IMG/VR virus record: IMGVR_UViG_3300047160_005790
Coordinates: 24,285-88,284 of that record
DNA: 64,000 nucleotides
Origin: a virus
Taxonomy: Duplodnaviria > Caudoviricetes
Direction: 5' to 3' (one strand)
Position numbers and translations under genes: made by a program. Within the stretch, counting starts at the first letter, position 1. The number at the start of each line of letters is the position of its first letter. Below, piece after piece: positions 37,625 to 46,131 of this stretch. The notes beneath the pieces are model-generated. The model was not told the DNA's origin, ran no database searches, and saw nothing but the letters and a program-made list of their open reading frames with translations.

Positions 37625-37921
37625 TTAGCAGGGCTTTCTTCCTTCTTCCGCGGAATTGATATGTAAAATCTCCGTCGCCAATTCTTTTGCCAATTTCCGC
37701 GTTCGGGCCGTTCCAACCCGTATGCGCCTCTTTCCTGCAAAGCGCCCAAATTCCCAACTATCATTGCTGAGCACGATGTACACGAGCGCGCCCGCGGGGC
37801 CGTAGCCCGAGTACCCGCCGCCCGTTAACTCATCGACCTTTCGCCAGGTCACTTTCACCCGAGCGCGCCGCTCAGCTTCACGGCGCGCTCGAAACTCGTT
37901 GAACTCGTCGGTGTGACTCAC
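37625..37921 (-). CDS. Hypothetical protein
   Basis: GTGA overlap. Confidence 0.55.
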   Translation of the reverse strand: MSHTDEFNEFRARREAERRARVKVTWRKVDELTGGGYSGYGPAGALVYIVLSNDSWEFGRFAGKRRIRVGTARTRKLAKELATEILHINSAEEGRKPC

Positions 37922-38115
37922 ACGACTTCCAGAGTCGCATGAATCGTGTCGCCCTCGGGGCCGCCCTCGAAGTGAACATCGATCAGCTGCGCCGACATCA
38001 GATTTGTGCCCATATCTCCAGTTCGAACATGCCACACGATGTGCGCAGTCGGGTGTTCGCCGATCTGCATGTCGAGTTCCTCTTCCCACGAGTTGTCTGT
38101 CAGTTCTTCGCCCAT
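37918..38115 (-). CDS. Small acidic hypothetical protein
   Basis: Coupled to an 8-codon mini-ORF (TGATG). Confidence 0.55.
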   Translation of the reverse strand: MGEELTDNSWEEELDMQIGEHPTAHIVWHVRTGDMGTNLMSAQLIDVHFEGGPEGDTIHATLEVV

Positions 38116-38143
38116 CAACTTCCCCCTTTCATTTTGGCCATTC

Positions 38144-38221
38144 GGTACCTCCTATAGTATGGCTTTCGAAGCTCCGGTTGGAACTTCCGCCCGCTCGGGG
38201 TGCGAAGCCGAGCGAGCGGCA
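38144..38221 (-). promoter_or_regulatory. Double-hairpin leader 1
   Basis: CCGCTCGCTCGG/CCGAGCGGGCGG + GAAGTTCC/GGAGCTTC + GAAAGCCA + AGGAGGTACC. Confidence 0.85.
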
Positions 38222-38306
38222 GGCCCAACCAGCCTGCGGGCTCACCGTGCCCAACGGCGAGCCCTTGCGAGCGCGACAGGGGGTCTCCGTTCGCGCTCAC
38301 ATTTGA

Positions 38307-38474
38307 CTACGGGTGAGTCTTAGTCGAGAACAGCGACCCCTTGTTGTCGAACACCGTGCCCTGACCGTTGTGGACGCTCGTCGATGCCCACGCCCAGAAC
38401 GCCAGATAGATGAATACGAGTACGAGCCCGGCGAGCAGAATTCGCCCACCGTTAGTTGAAGGTAGCGCTACCAC
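38307..38474 (-). CDS. Small membrane protein (55 aa)
   Basis: GAGAGGA SD plus GTG; one TM segment. Confidence 0.45.
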   Translation of the reverse strand: MVALPSTNGGRILLAGLVLVFIYLAFWAWASTSVHNGQGTVFDNKGSLFSTKTHP

Positions 38475-39348
38475 TGTACGTTCCTCTCGTTGCGTTGATG
38501 TCGAAGTGATCGGTGACGGTGACGGTGTTGCAGGACACGCTGATCTTGGCTCCGAGCGGACAGGCGTGGAAGCTGAACACCGCTTGCAGGAACGGTCGCG
38601 GCGACGGCAACAATCCCCACGACCAGACCGGGTTGTTGTCGTACGTCCAGACCCAGCGAACAGCCGCTCCGATGCTCGGGTTGACGGACTGGCCGCCGAT
38701 TCGAGTCACCTGCCCGTTAACGACGCAGACCTGCGCCGACACGATCGCGTGCCAGTATTCGTAGCCGGTGATGCGATCGTTGTAACGTACGCCGTCATGG
38801 AGATTGCCGAGCCGTCCTCCGGCCCCACAAGTTGACAGCGCAGTCGCCGCCAGGGCGGCCGAGAAGTCGATCGAGCCGTTGGGATCGTCCACGGTCAGGA
38901 CCTGATTGTTCGGGCCGCCGCTGTTATTGTCGCCGTTCGGCGTCGGGTCGCAGGCGTTGCCGATCCCGTCGCCGTCGGTGTCCCACTGCTTGCCGTTGGG
39001 GAGGCCGGGCTGGCCGGCATTCCAGACCGTCGGACAGTTGTCCACGTTGTCGTGCCAACTGTCCCGGTCTTGATCGGACTGCGTCGGCGTGCAGGCGGTG
39101 TTGGTCATGATGTAATGCCCGCCCTGATCGAACTCCATGCACGTCGTCGCGTCGTAGGCGTTGACGCCCGGATATGTTGGCCAGTATTGGCCGCTGCCGA
39201 CGACTTCGAACGGCATGAGCAACGGAACCTGCCCTCCACAGTCGCGCTGACAGTCCGACGCCTTCGCAGACGCCGAGGTTGCCACCGAACCAGCGAAGAC
39301 GACTGTCAACGCTGACGCGATGGCGAAGAAAGCAATCAGCTTTCTCAT
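38452..39348 (-). CDS. Secreted protein with thrombospondin type-3-like Ca-binding repeats
   Basis: Signal peptide; DQDRDSWHDNVDNCP...DTDGDGIGNACD. Confidence 0.78.
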   Translation of the reverse strand: MRKLIAFFAIASALTVVFAGSVATSASAKASDCQRDCGGQVPLLMPFEVVGSGQYWPTYPGVNAYDATTCMEFDQGGHYIMTNTACTPTQSDQDRDSWHDNVDNCPTVWNAGQPGLPNGKQWDTDGDGIGNACDPTPNGDNNSGGPNNQVLTVDDPNGSIDFSAALAATALSTCGAGGRLGNLHDGVRYNDRITGYEYWHAIVSAQVCVVNGQVTRIGGQSVNPSIGAAVRWVWTYDNNPVWSWGLLPSPRPFLQAVFSFHACPLGAKISVSCNTVTVTDHFDINATRGTYSGSATFN

Positions 39349-39350
39349 TT

Positions 39351-39422
39351 GTACACCCTCCTATTGTATGCGGAACGTCATCGTGACGCTCCCGCCGCCT
39401 CAGTTGCACCGAGGCAGCGGCA
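39351..39422 (-). promoter_or_regulatory. Double-hairpin leader 2
   Basis: CCGCTGCCTCGG/CTGAGGCGGCGG + GGAGCGTC/GACGTTCC + AGGAGGG. Confidence 0.8.
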
Positions 39423-39426
39423 CCGT

Positions 39427-39621
39427 CTACATGCCTACTTGATACCCATTGTGATACCGATTGTGCCACCAGATGGCGAACTTGGTCGGGCCGTGTTCTC
39501 TCGACCAGATCGTCCACCTGAAGACGATGTTCCAGATCCACTTCGGCGCCGGTTCGAGCACCTTATCGACCCAGGTATCGTGCGAGTGGCACCAGCCACA
39601 CTTTGACTTGAACAAAAACAT
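39427..39621 (-). CDS. Small Trp-rich hypothetical protein
   Basis: AGAAAGG SD. Confidence 0.5.
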   Translation of the reverse strand: MFLFKSKCGWCHSHDTWVDKVLEPAPKWIWNIVFRWTIWSREHGPTKFAIWWHNRYHNGYQVGM

Positions 39622-39691
39622 GTTGCCTTTCTAGGGTTCGCGAGTCTTCACGAACCGATCGTATAGGACGACGCTGGTTGTCGCCGCGAGG

Positions 39692-40060
39692 TTAGTCTTC
39701 CTCTGGGAAATCGGCTAGCATCAGCAAGTCAGGAGCACCTGCCGATTCTCCGGTCGGAACGAGTGGGCCGCCGCAATTGTCGCAGCGACGCTCCTCGACT
39801 GGCGTAAACGCCGGCACTGCCAGGTAGCCGTTGCACCAGTGACAGTCGTGCGAACGGATGATCAGGCCCGACTCGCGGTGTTTGACGTAGCCGCGAGCGT
39901 AGCGGCACTTCCATCCCTGACTCGGGATGTGAATCGAATTGTGTGGGAGGCCACACATAACTTCGACCTTCGCCTGCTTCAGAACCGTCTTTGTCAAGTC
40001 GAGTTCCGTCAGCGTCGGTTCGTGTCGTTCGGCGTCCCACTCCCATACTTTTGCTTTCAT
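39692..40060 (-). CDS. Zn-ribbon-containing hypothetical protein
   Basis: CHWC, CDNC; ATG 40060 with SD. Confidence 0.6.
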   Translation of the reverse strand: MKAKVWEWDAERHEPTLTELDLTKTVLKQAKVEVMCGLPHNSIHIPSQGWKCRYARGYVKHRESGLIIRSHDCHWCNGYLAVPAFTPVEERRCDNCGGPLVPTGESAGAPDLLMLADFPEED

Positions 40061-40307
40061 CCTATGGCTCCCTCTCATCGCGTCGCGCGCGGGCGCGATC
40101 TTCATCGCGTACGCGCGAGACAACTTTTTACTACTAGGGTGGGTCTAGGGTGGGTCGGAAAAAGTGCAAGTAAGTCCTTTTTTCTTGTGTCGCGCGTACG
40201 CGATGAGAACGTACGTACGCGGTACGCGCGCGCGCGAGATTTCGGCACCCTTTCGGCAGTCCACACCCGGAATCGCCCACAGATTTCGTGGGCGAAACCG
40301 GCTGGAA

Positions 40308-40541
40308 CTATTTGAACATCCCGTCCAGTTCGTCCAGCTCGTCTTGCGTCAGCGGCTCGTAGTGGTAGTTCGTCTTGCTGTTCACTGGCTGACGACGCAT
40401 GGGATAGACGTTCGTCTTCTGCTTTCCGTCTCGCTTCGTCGTCAGTCGCTGCTTCGGCTGTTCTTTCAAGCTTGCGGAAAGACGATTGATTACGAGCACG
40501 ACTAGGACGATGATCCAGAACACTTCCCAGAACATCGTCAT
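40308..40541 (-). CDS. Small membrane protein
   Basis: N-terminal TM segment; ATGA overlap. Confidence 0.55.
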   Translation of the reverse strand: MTMFWEVFWIIVLVVLVINRLSASLKEQPKQRLTTKRDGKQKTNVYPMRRQPVNSKTNYHYEPLTQDELDELDGMFK

Positions 40542-42430
40542 ACCGCCTTCGCCTCCTCACGGATCGTGGCCCGGAAGCCGTGCCGTCGCAGGTCGAGGAT
40601 GTCGCGATTCGTCATCGCCTTGTCGATGTTGACTTCCTGGATGTACTCCTCGATCGTGGCGTGCATCCGGTAGAAGAACGCAGTGATCTGGTGAATACGA
40701 GTCGTGTTCACCAGCCGGTCGATCACTTGCTGCTGATCGTCCGGATCCCACGTCTCGTCGAGCACATGGATCTCGCTCGCCCGGTTCAGCTCGATGCCGT
40801 AGCCGCCCGTCTGCGTCGTCATGACGAGGACGCGTGGACCTTCGCCCGCTTGGAACGCCCGCCGGATTCGCAAGCGATCCTTGTCGGGCGTGTCGCCGGT
40901 CATCTTCTCGGCCGGGATCCCGATGTCGTTCAGCCAGCCGTGAACCATGTCGGCGATTTCCTTGAACTGACTGGCGATCACGACCTGCGTGTCGCCCGTC
41001 GGTTCCTCGGCGTCGATGCCCGCTTCGTTCAGGCGCGTCAGCAACGGTTCGAGCTTGCCGCTGTCGCGACTCGGGATCGGGTGTAGAACGACCCACTCGC
41101 CCGAGCCTTGACAGCGAACGCACTCTCGATCATCGAGCCAGCCCGTGCCTTCGCACTTGTGACACGGAAAAACCGACTCGGTGATCTTGTCGCAGTAAGC
41201 GCCTGCGAACACCTTGAGCCGAGCGTACTCGGCGAGGATGCTCGCTGCCGTCAAGCGACGTTCCTCGATGCGAATTTCGGCGTCGATCGCGAACTTGCGA
41301 TACTGCTCGCGCTGCGCCTTGGTCATTTCGCACCACACGTCGATGATCTGTGCACTCGGCAGTTCCGGCAGAACTTCCTCTCGCTTGCGACGGATCATGT
41401 GAGGCGCGAGGCTCGCATAGAATGCGTCCTCGTAGCCCGGCTTGATGCCGCCTACGTCACGAGCCGTCCGGCCACGGCCGATATGCACTTGCGTAACGAC
41501 GAGCCACTGATCGACCCATCGCCACTTCGACGTGAACTTCTGTGGCTCTAGCCACTGAAGTACGGGGAATAGGTTCACGATACGGCCGCCCATCGGCGTG
41601 CCGCTCAGGGCGTACTTCCGTTTGGTCCGCAGATGCATCATCTTCTTATGCAGCTGCGACTTCATGTTGTTAAGGCCGAGCTTGCGGAACTCGTCAATTG
41701 TGACGCTGTTCCACTCGAAGTCGTCCTTCTCCAACATCGACCAGTCGAGTTCTCCGTTCCGGAGCATGTGCGGCGTTGTAACGAACCAGTAACCACCGGC
41801 CGTCTCCGTCGCTTCCATGATCCATTCCGAAATGCCTGCCCGAAGCTCGTTCGGCGTCTCGCCCGACAGCGTAAAGACGGGCAGCTCTTGATGGAATTCG
41901 AGCTCCTTGCGCCAAGGATCTTCGAGCAGCGTTTTCGGGGCGATCACGAGATGCGGGCCGATTCCCAGGCCAGCTTCGTGCACCGCCGCGATGACTTCGA
42001 CTGTCTTCCCGAGGCGCGGTTCGTTGCCGTTGAGCTTGTTCGAGGCCGCGAGACTCGCGGCGTCCGCGCGCTGGTACGGGCGTAGGTACTTGGCGAGCTT
42101 CTTCATGGTCTTGTCGATCTTCAGACCATTCTTCGGCACGTCGTCCTCTGCCGCCAGCGAACGGAGCGTCCGCTCCTTCGCAACCTCTTCCTTCCCCCAA
42201 GACCTCAGCCCGTTGCCGATCGTCAGGTCAGGAAACGCCTGATGAATCGCGCGAGCCGTTACGAGATCGAGCGGGAACGACCAAGCCGGGCCACCCTTGT
42301 CGGCCGGCACAAATGCCCGGCCGGGGATCGCCTTCGCGGCGTTCTTGCGCCCCTCGGTGTAGCGGAAGTGCAACCATATGCGATCGCCAGCCTCGTTCAA
42401 CTCAGCGAACACTTCTGGTTGTCGGTTCAT
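40538..42430 (-). CDS. SNF2-family helicase
   Basis: LRPYQ, EPRLGKT, IDEF, LSGTP, GG.GIEL, Q...R.. Confidence 0.88.
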   Translation of the reverse strand: MNRQPEVFAELNEAGDRIWLHFRYTEGRKNAAKAIPGRAFVPADKGGPAWSFPLDLVTARAIHQAFPDLTIGNGLRSWGKEEVAKERTLRSLAAEDDVPKNGLKIDKTMKKLAKYLRPYQRADAASLAASNKLNGNEPRLGKTVEVIAAVHEAGLGIGPHLVIAPKTLLEDPWRKELEFHQELPVFTLSGETPNELRAGISEWIMEATETAGGYWFVTTPHMLRNGELDWSMLEKDDFEWNSVTIDEFRKLGLNNMKSQLHKKMMHLRTKRKYALSGTPMGGRIVNLFPVLQWLEPQKFTSKWRWVDQWLVVTQVHIGRGRTARDVGGIKPGYEDAFYASLAPHMIRRKREEVLPELPSAQIIDVWCEMTKAQREQYRKFAIDAEIRIEERRLTAASILAEYARLKVFAGAYCDKITESVFPCHKCEGTGWLDDRECVRCQGSGEWVVLHPIPSRDSGKLEPLLTRLNEAGIDAEEPTGDTQVVIASQFKEIADMVHGWLNDIGIPAEKMTGDTPDKDRLRIRRAFQAGEGPRVLVMTTQTGGYGIELNRASEIHVLDETWDPDDQQQVIDRLVNTTRIHQITAFFYRMHATIEEYIQEVNIDKAMTNRDILDLRRHGFRATIREEAKAV

Positions 42431-42436
42431 AGTAGC

Positions 42437-42504
42437 GGTACCCTCCTCTGTCTGAAGCGCCGTTCGACGCTTCCGCACTACGGGGTTCCGCCCGTAGCGC
42501 GGCA
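42437..42504 (-). promoter_or_regulatory. Double-hairpin leader 3
   Basis: CCGCGCTACGGG/CCCGTAGTGCGG + GAAGCG/CGCTTC + AGGAGGGTACC. Confidence 0.85.
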
Positions 42505-42587
42505 GGGTCGTCCGATCCTACTCGAAACGGCCTCTCCAGGCGATGCCAACCTCTTGCACAGCCTGTGCGAGCGGTCGAGGCAGCTAG

Positions 42588-42785
42588 TTAGCCGATTAGG
42601 TCCTCGTCCGGCTGCGGCGGCCCGACGTTACGCGGGCCTTCGGGGTTGTCTGCCTTGAACTCCTCGTGAACGTCGTTCACGACTCGTTGAACCTCCTCGA
42701 ACAGCTCGCCCGCATCGAGCAAGTCGTACACGACGTTCTCAAGGTTGCGATACAACTGACTCATATGCCCTTCGTCCCTCTTCAT
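42588..42785 (-). CDS. Hypothetical protein
   Basis: TGATG overlap. Confidence 0.5.
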   Translation of the reverse strand: MKRDEGHMSQLYRNLENVVYDLLDAGELFEEVQRVVNDVHEEFKADNPEGPRNVGPPQPDEDLIG

Positions 42786-43033
42786 CAAGACCCCCTCGAA
42801 ACGGCATGACAGTACGGGCAGACGCGACCGCGAACGATCACGCCCAGGGTCGATCGCCGCTGCCGACGCCAGAGGCGCCGGTTGACGACGAACGCTTCGT
42901 GCGGTGTGAAGCTCGGACAGCTTTCGCGAGGACACCAGACGAGCAGCCAGCCGGGGTAGTCGTCGCTCGCCTTCACTTCGAACTTCGGCAGTAAGCTGTC
43001 CCAGACTTCTGTGTTGTTAGTAGGCCGGGGCAT
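42785..43033 (-). CDS. Small Zn-binding hypothetical protein
   Basis: CP..SC, CPYC. Confidence 0.5.
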   Translation of the reverse strand: MPRPTNNTEVWDSLLPKFEVKASDDYPGWLLVWCPRESCPSFTPHEAFVVNRRLWRRQRRSTLGVIVRGRVCPYCHAVSRGS

Positions 43034-43238
43034 GGCCGTTGCTGCCAGCGTACGAGCTGCGCACTTCGATTGTGCCGTACCGGAACACCATCAGCAAATC
43101 GCAGTTACAGCACGCGAACGCTTCGACCATGAACAACTCGCCATTGAAGTCAATGGCCTCGGGGAACGGCGCGCGCCGAAAGCCCGGCGGTTCCGCGCCC
43201 GATTGCCCACACTTCGGACAGGTGACGGGATCCCTCAT
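43017..43238 (-). CDS. Zn-ribbon hypothetical protein
   Basis: CPKC...CCNC; preceded by leader. Confidence 0.6.
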   Translation of the reverse strand: MRDPVTCPKCGQSGAEPPGFRRAPFPEAIDFNGELFMVEAFACCNCDLLMVFRYGTIEVRSSYAGSNGHAPAY

Positions 43239-43241
43239 TTA

Positions 43242-43311
43242 GCACCCCCTATTGTAACGAGCCGAACGGCTCCGGCGCCCCGCCGAATGAGTCAGCGAGG
43301 CACCGGCGCAG
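43242..43311 (-). promoter_or_regulatory. Double-hairpin leader 4
   Basis: CGGTGCC../..GGCGCCG + GAGCC/GGCTC + AGGGGGTGC. Confidence 0.75.
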
Positions 43312-43312
43312 T

Positions 43313-43561
43313 TCATTTTGTATCGACGGACACGATGTCCTTGACGCGAACGGTACGCATCCCACCGGGATCGGTGAGAAACTCTACGCAATCGAACGGC
43401 CAGATCCTGCCGTCCGGCGTCGTGCCGGCCGGTATGTAGTCCAGGAACTTGCGCACCCGACACTTGTCGGTGATTGCTGAACGGAAGATGATGTTGCCTA
43501 GCTCGTGCACTTCGATCTCGACAACCTTCCCTTCCAGGATCTGGCGGTAGTCCTCATTCGT
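43313..43561 (-). CDS. Small beta-barrel-like protein, no canonical start (ACG?)
   Basis: Protein-like sequence ending RTVRVKDIVSV; AGGGG SD 6 nt before ACG. Confidence 0.4.
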   Translation of the reverse strand, partial: TNEDYRQILEGKVVEIEVHELGNIIFRSAITDKCRVRKFLDYIPAGTTPDGRIWPFDCVEFLTDPGGMRTVRVKDIVSVDTK

Positions 43562-43569
43562 TCGCGCCC

Positions 43570-44115
43570 CTAGGAAGGGCTCCGGCTGCCGCTCGCGGCT
43601 TGCCGATCGGCCCGCGTGCGGTTGCTCGGTCGGCCGCGACGCCGCGGCTGCTCTTCCTCTTCCTTGCCCTTGCCGTCGCTGGCGTTGCGAGCCGCCCGCT
43701 CCGCGTTGGTGGGGCGACCGCGACGCCGCGTACTGGCGCTGCCGCTCGCGCCGTTGCCGTCGCCGTTCTTCTCGGCGGCCTTGCGGCCCGGCTTCGTGGT
43801 CTTCTTCTCCGGGTCGCCGCCCGCGTCCTTCATGAGCTCCTTGAGCTCCGGGATCGGCCGGTCGGCGTAGATCCGGATGCGCTCCCAACGAACGCCGTTC
43901 TCGCGAAGGGCGATGATCTGCTTGCCCATCGCCTTCGGCGTGCCGTTGACCTCCAGGTCGGGGTCGTTGTTGACTTCCGCCTCGTACACGGCGTCGGCGA
44001 CCTGCCCGACGGTGACGCCAAGCTCCCGGGCGATACCAGCGACGGTAAGCCCTTGAGCCTGAAGCTTGTCCACCCTCTTCTGGTCGATGTTGGGCGTGTT
44101 CCTGGGACGGGCCAT
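43570..44115 (-). CDS. HTH DNA-binding protein with two AT-hook (RRGRP) motifs
   Basis: GLTVAGIARELGV HTH; RRRGRP twice. Confidence 0.7.
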   Translation of the reverse strand: MARPRNTPNIDQKRVDKLQAQGLTVAGIARELGVTVGQVADAVYEAEVNNDPDLEVNGTPKAMGKQIIALRENGVRWERIRIYADRPIPELKELMKDAGGDPEKKTTKPGRKAAEKNGDGNGASGSASTRRRGRPTNAERAARNASDGKGKEEEEQPRRRGRPSNRTRADRQAASGSRSPS

Positions 44116-44133
44116 AACTCCCTCCTTGGCTAG

Positions 44134-44142
44134 ATTATAGCA
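44134..44142 (-). promoter_or_regulatory. Extended -10 promoter TGcTATAAT
   Basis: Perfect TGnTATAAT just upstream of the AAGGAGG SD of 43570..44115. Confidence 0.7.
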
Positions 44143-44195
44143 TGGCCTTACAGGGAACTATACGTGATCCTGCTCGTTGTCGCTAGTCCCTGCGA

Positions 44196-44266
44196 GGAAC
44201 GCTTTTCGGGCGTTCCGAGAAGTGCCGAATTCGGCTTGTACAAGCCGTTTTCGGCACAACTCGCAA
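44196..44266 (-). promoter_or_regulatory. Double-hairpin element 5 (not adjacent to an SD)
   Basis: TTGCGAG..GTGCCGAA../..TTCGGCAC..CTCG + GGAACGC/GCGTTCC. Confidence 0.8.
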
Positions 44267-44268
44267 CG

Positions 44269-44496
44269 TCAGCCAGTCGTTTCGACTGACTCGTTCGCTG
44301 CCGCGAGCTCTTGGAGGATGCCGCGCTCGGCGGCTTCCTTTAGAGCGTTGACCGCCCAAGCGGTCGCGGCGTGTTCTAGGTGGGTGCGGCCCGGATCGCC
44401 GCGGTCCCAGTGTTCGAGCCGTTGATAGAGGCGGTCGCGGCGCCGTTCGAGCGCGCCGAGATACTTCCGTTCTTTGCGGCTCAGCGTTGTTGTCAC
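44269..44496 (-). CDS. Hypothetical protein
   Basis: GTGA overlap. Confidence 0.55.
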   Translation of the reverse strand: MTTTLSRKERKYLGALERRRDRLYQRLEHWDRGDPGRTHLEHAATAWAVNALKEAAERGILQELAAANESVETTG

Positions 44497-44759
44497 CCAG
44501 CCGCCTCCTTTTTCATTGCCACTTCGACGTTGAAGCCCTGCTGTCGGCAGAACGTCTGTGCGACCACCCAGGGCAACTCCGAGACGTTCTGTTCCTTCCA
44601 CTCGTCCGTCGGTTCTTCGCGCGTTCGGAAGTAGAGGTTGCCCAGAGACATAGAGCTGACGATCTGACCTTCCGGTCGCCACTCGAAGGCGACGATCCGG
44701 CTCGCCGGGTCCTCGCTCATGTACCAAGCGTAGTAGTCGGCGGATGTATCGACTGGCAT
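44493..44759 (-). CDS. Hypothetical protein
   Basis: Coupled ORF. Confidence 0.55.
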   Translation of the reverse strand: MPVDTSADYYAWYMSEDPASRIVAFEWRPEGQIVSSMSLGNLYFRTREEPTDEWKEQNVSELPWVVAQTFCRQQGFNVEVAMKKEAAG

Positions 44760-45016
44760 CAGATCGCCACCTTGCCGTCTTTCGTCTGAAAGACGTTCAA
44801 GCCCTTGGCCTTCGCCTTCTCGACGACGTCTTCAACGTCGGCTTGATGAACGACCAGGCGCCCTATGTCGATGACGATGTAGTCTGCATGACTTCGTCCC
44901 GGCAACCAAGAATCGACAAATTCGATGCCCTCGTCGGTGTCGCCGGTCACCCCGGCGACCATCAACTCGCTGTTGATGACGACAGACACGTCGATTGTAT
45001 GTGTGTCACCTTCCAT
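44759..45016 (-). CDS. Hypothetical protein
   Basis: Preceded by leader. Confidence 0.65.
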   Translation of the reverse strand: MEGDTHTIDVSVVINSELMVAGVTGDTDEGIEFVDSWLPGRSHADYIVIDIGRLVVHQADVEDVVEKAKAKGLNVFQTKDGKVAI

Positions 45017-45018
45017 TC

Positions 45019-45078
45019 GGCACCCCTTTCTTTTCGGAGCAGATGCTCCGAGCCCGCCCTCGCGGGGCGGACTCGCAA
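45019..45078 (-). promoter_or_regulatory. Double-hairpin leader 6
   Basis: TTGCGAGTCCGCCC/GGGCGGGCTCG + GGAGCA/TGCTCC + GAAAAG + AAAGGGGTGCC. Confidence 0.85.
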
Positions 45079-45411
45079 CTACAGCTCCATCTCGTTTCCG
45101 CAGTACACGCAGTGCGGCTTGTCGTTGATGAGTCGGTAGTGCTGGCAGACGTGCTGTTGCCTGCCTTTCGGCGGCGGGCCGTCGTAGTAGCGGTGCCCGC
45201 GCGTGACGAGTTCCCGCGCAAGCGCTTCGGTGGTTTCGTGAAACGACTTGTTGCCTCGGATCATCACGAGTCCCTGGTATAAGCCGACGATACGATCCGT
45301 CGGCACCATGCGCTCGATCAGGTCAGCGACTGCCAAGATCGTGCCTCGCGAAGCCGCCATGCTATCCTCCTCGTCGTGTTGAGTGATCGAGATGCGGTAG
45401 GGCATCGCCAT
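45079..45411 (-). CDS. Hypothetical protein with C-terminal Zn finger
   Basis: C.H...CVYC; TGATG overlap; alternative start at 45360. Confidence 0.55.
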   Translation of the reverse strand: MAMPYRISITQHDEEDSMAASRGTILAVADLIERMVPTDRIVGLYQGLVMIRGNKSFHETTEALARELVTRGHRYYDGPPPKGRQQHVCQHYRLINDKPHCVYCGNEMEL

Positions 45412-46064
45412 CAAATCCCCAGGATTGCCGCACACTCGTCGCCTGCTCCGCGCTTGCGACTCGCCTTCTTCGTGAGCACCCGGCCGCAACGAAAACAGCG
45501 GCCGATTTCGCGACCGAAACGCAGACCAGCTTCGAGTGGATCGACAGCGATTGCCGTCAGAATCCCGAGCTTCTTGACAGGATCCTTGATCGGATAGCGA
45601 GCGTCGCTCGCATACACATCGACGAAGATGACGCCGGGATTGTAGCCGTTCTTGATAAAGTAGAACATCAGCTCGGCGCCGGCAACGCCGTCCTTTTCGA
45701 CGGCGTAGCGACCGTTTTCGACAGCCGGATATTGCCGACTAATCGAGATGTCGTCCTTGTAGCGAGGAGCCCGAGGCAGGTTTTTGAGGGCGTCGATGAT
45801 GCGGCTCGCCTTCGGGCCGCTGAGTCGAGTCGTCTCCCAGTCCCAGAACTCGTCCGGTTGCTGGAGCTTAACGCGCTGGTTTTCGGGCAGCTGATCGAGA
45901 TCTTGCGACTCCATGAGATCGCGAATCCAGTTCAGCTGCTTGTCCGATGCATGCTTCGGCTTGCGAAAGCCGCCGCTCGCAGTCTTCTCGAATACGACAT
46001 CGTTTTCGTTGACGCCGTCTCCGAGAATGCTGGCCGGCACGGGGCTTCGTTCGTGTGTTGCCAC
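45411..46064 (-). CDS. DUF6011-like protein
   Basis: GRCFRCGRVLT..AS..RG.G.ECA C-terminus. Confidence 0.7.
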   Translation of the reverse strand: MATHERSPVPASILGDGVNENDVVFEKTASGGFRKPKHASDKQLNWIRDLMESQDLDQLPENQRVKLQQPDEFWDWETTRLSGPKASRIIDALKNLPRAPRYKDDISISRQYPAVENGRYAVEKDGVAGAELMFYFIKNGYNPGVIFVDVYASDARYPIKDPVKKLGILTAIAVDPLEAGLRFGREIGRCFRCGRVLTKKASRKRGAGDECAAILGI

Positions 46065-46065
46065 T

Positions 46066-46131
46066 GGTACCCTCCTTCTGAGGCTTTCTGGAGCGGTTGC
46101 TCCGAGCCGGGGTTCTGGCCCCGACTCGCAA
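46066..46131 (-). promoter_or_regulatory. Double-hairpin leader 7
   Basis: TTGCGAGTCGGGG/CCCCGGCTCG + GGAGC/GCTCC + AGAAAGCC + AAGGAGGGTACC. Confidence 0.88.

Noticed and set aside
38115-38300. 61-aa ORF from the track
   Set aside because: It runs through hairpins and the leader; the SD points to ATG 38141 instead
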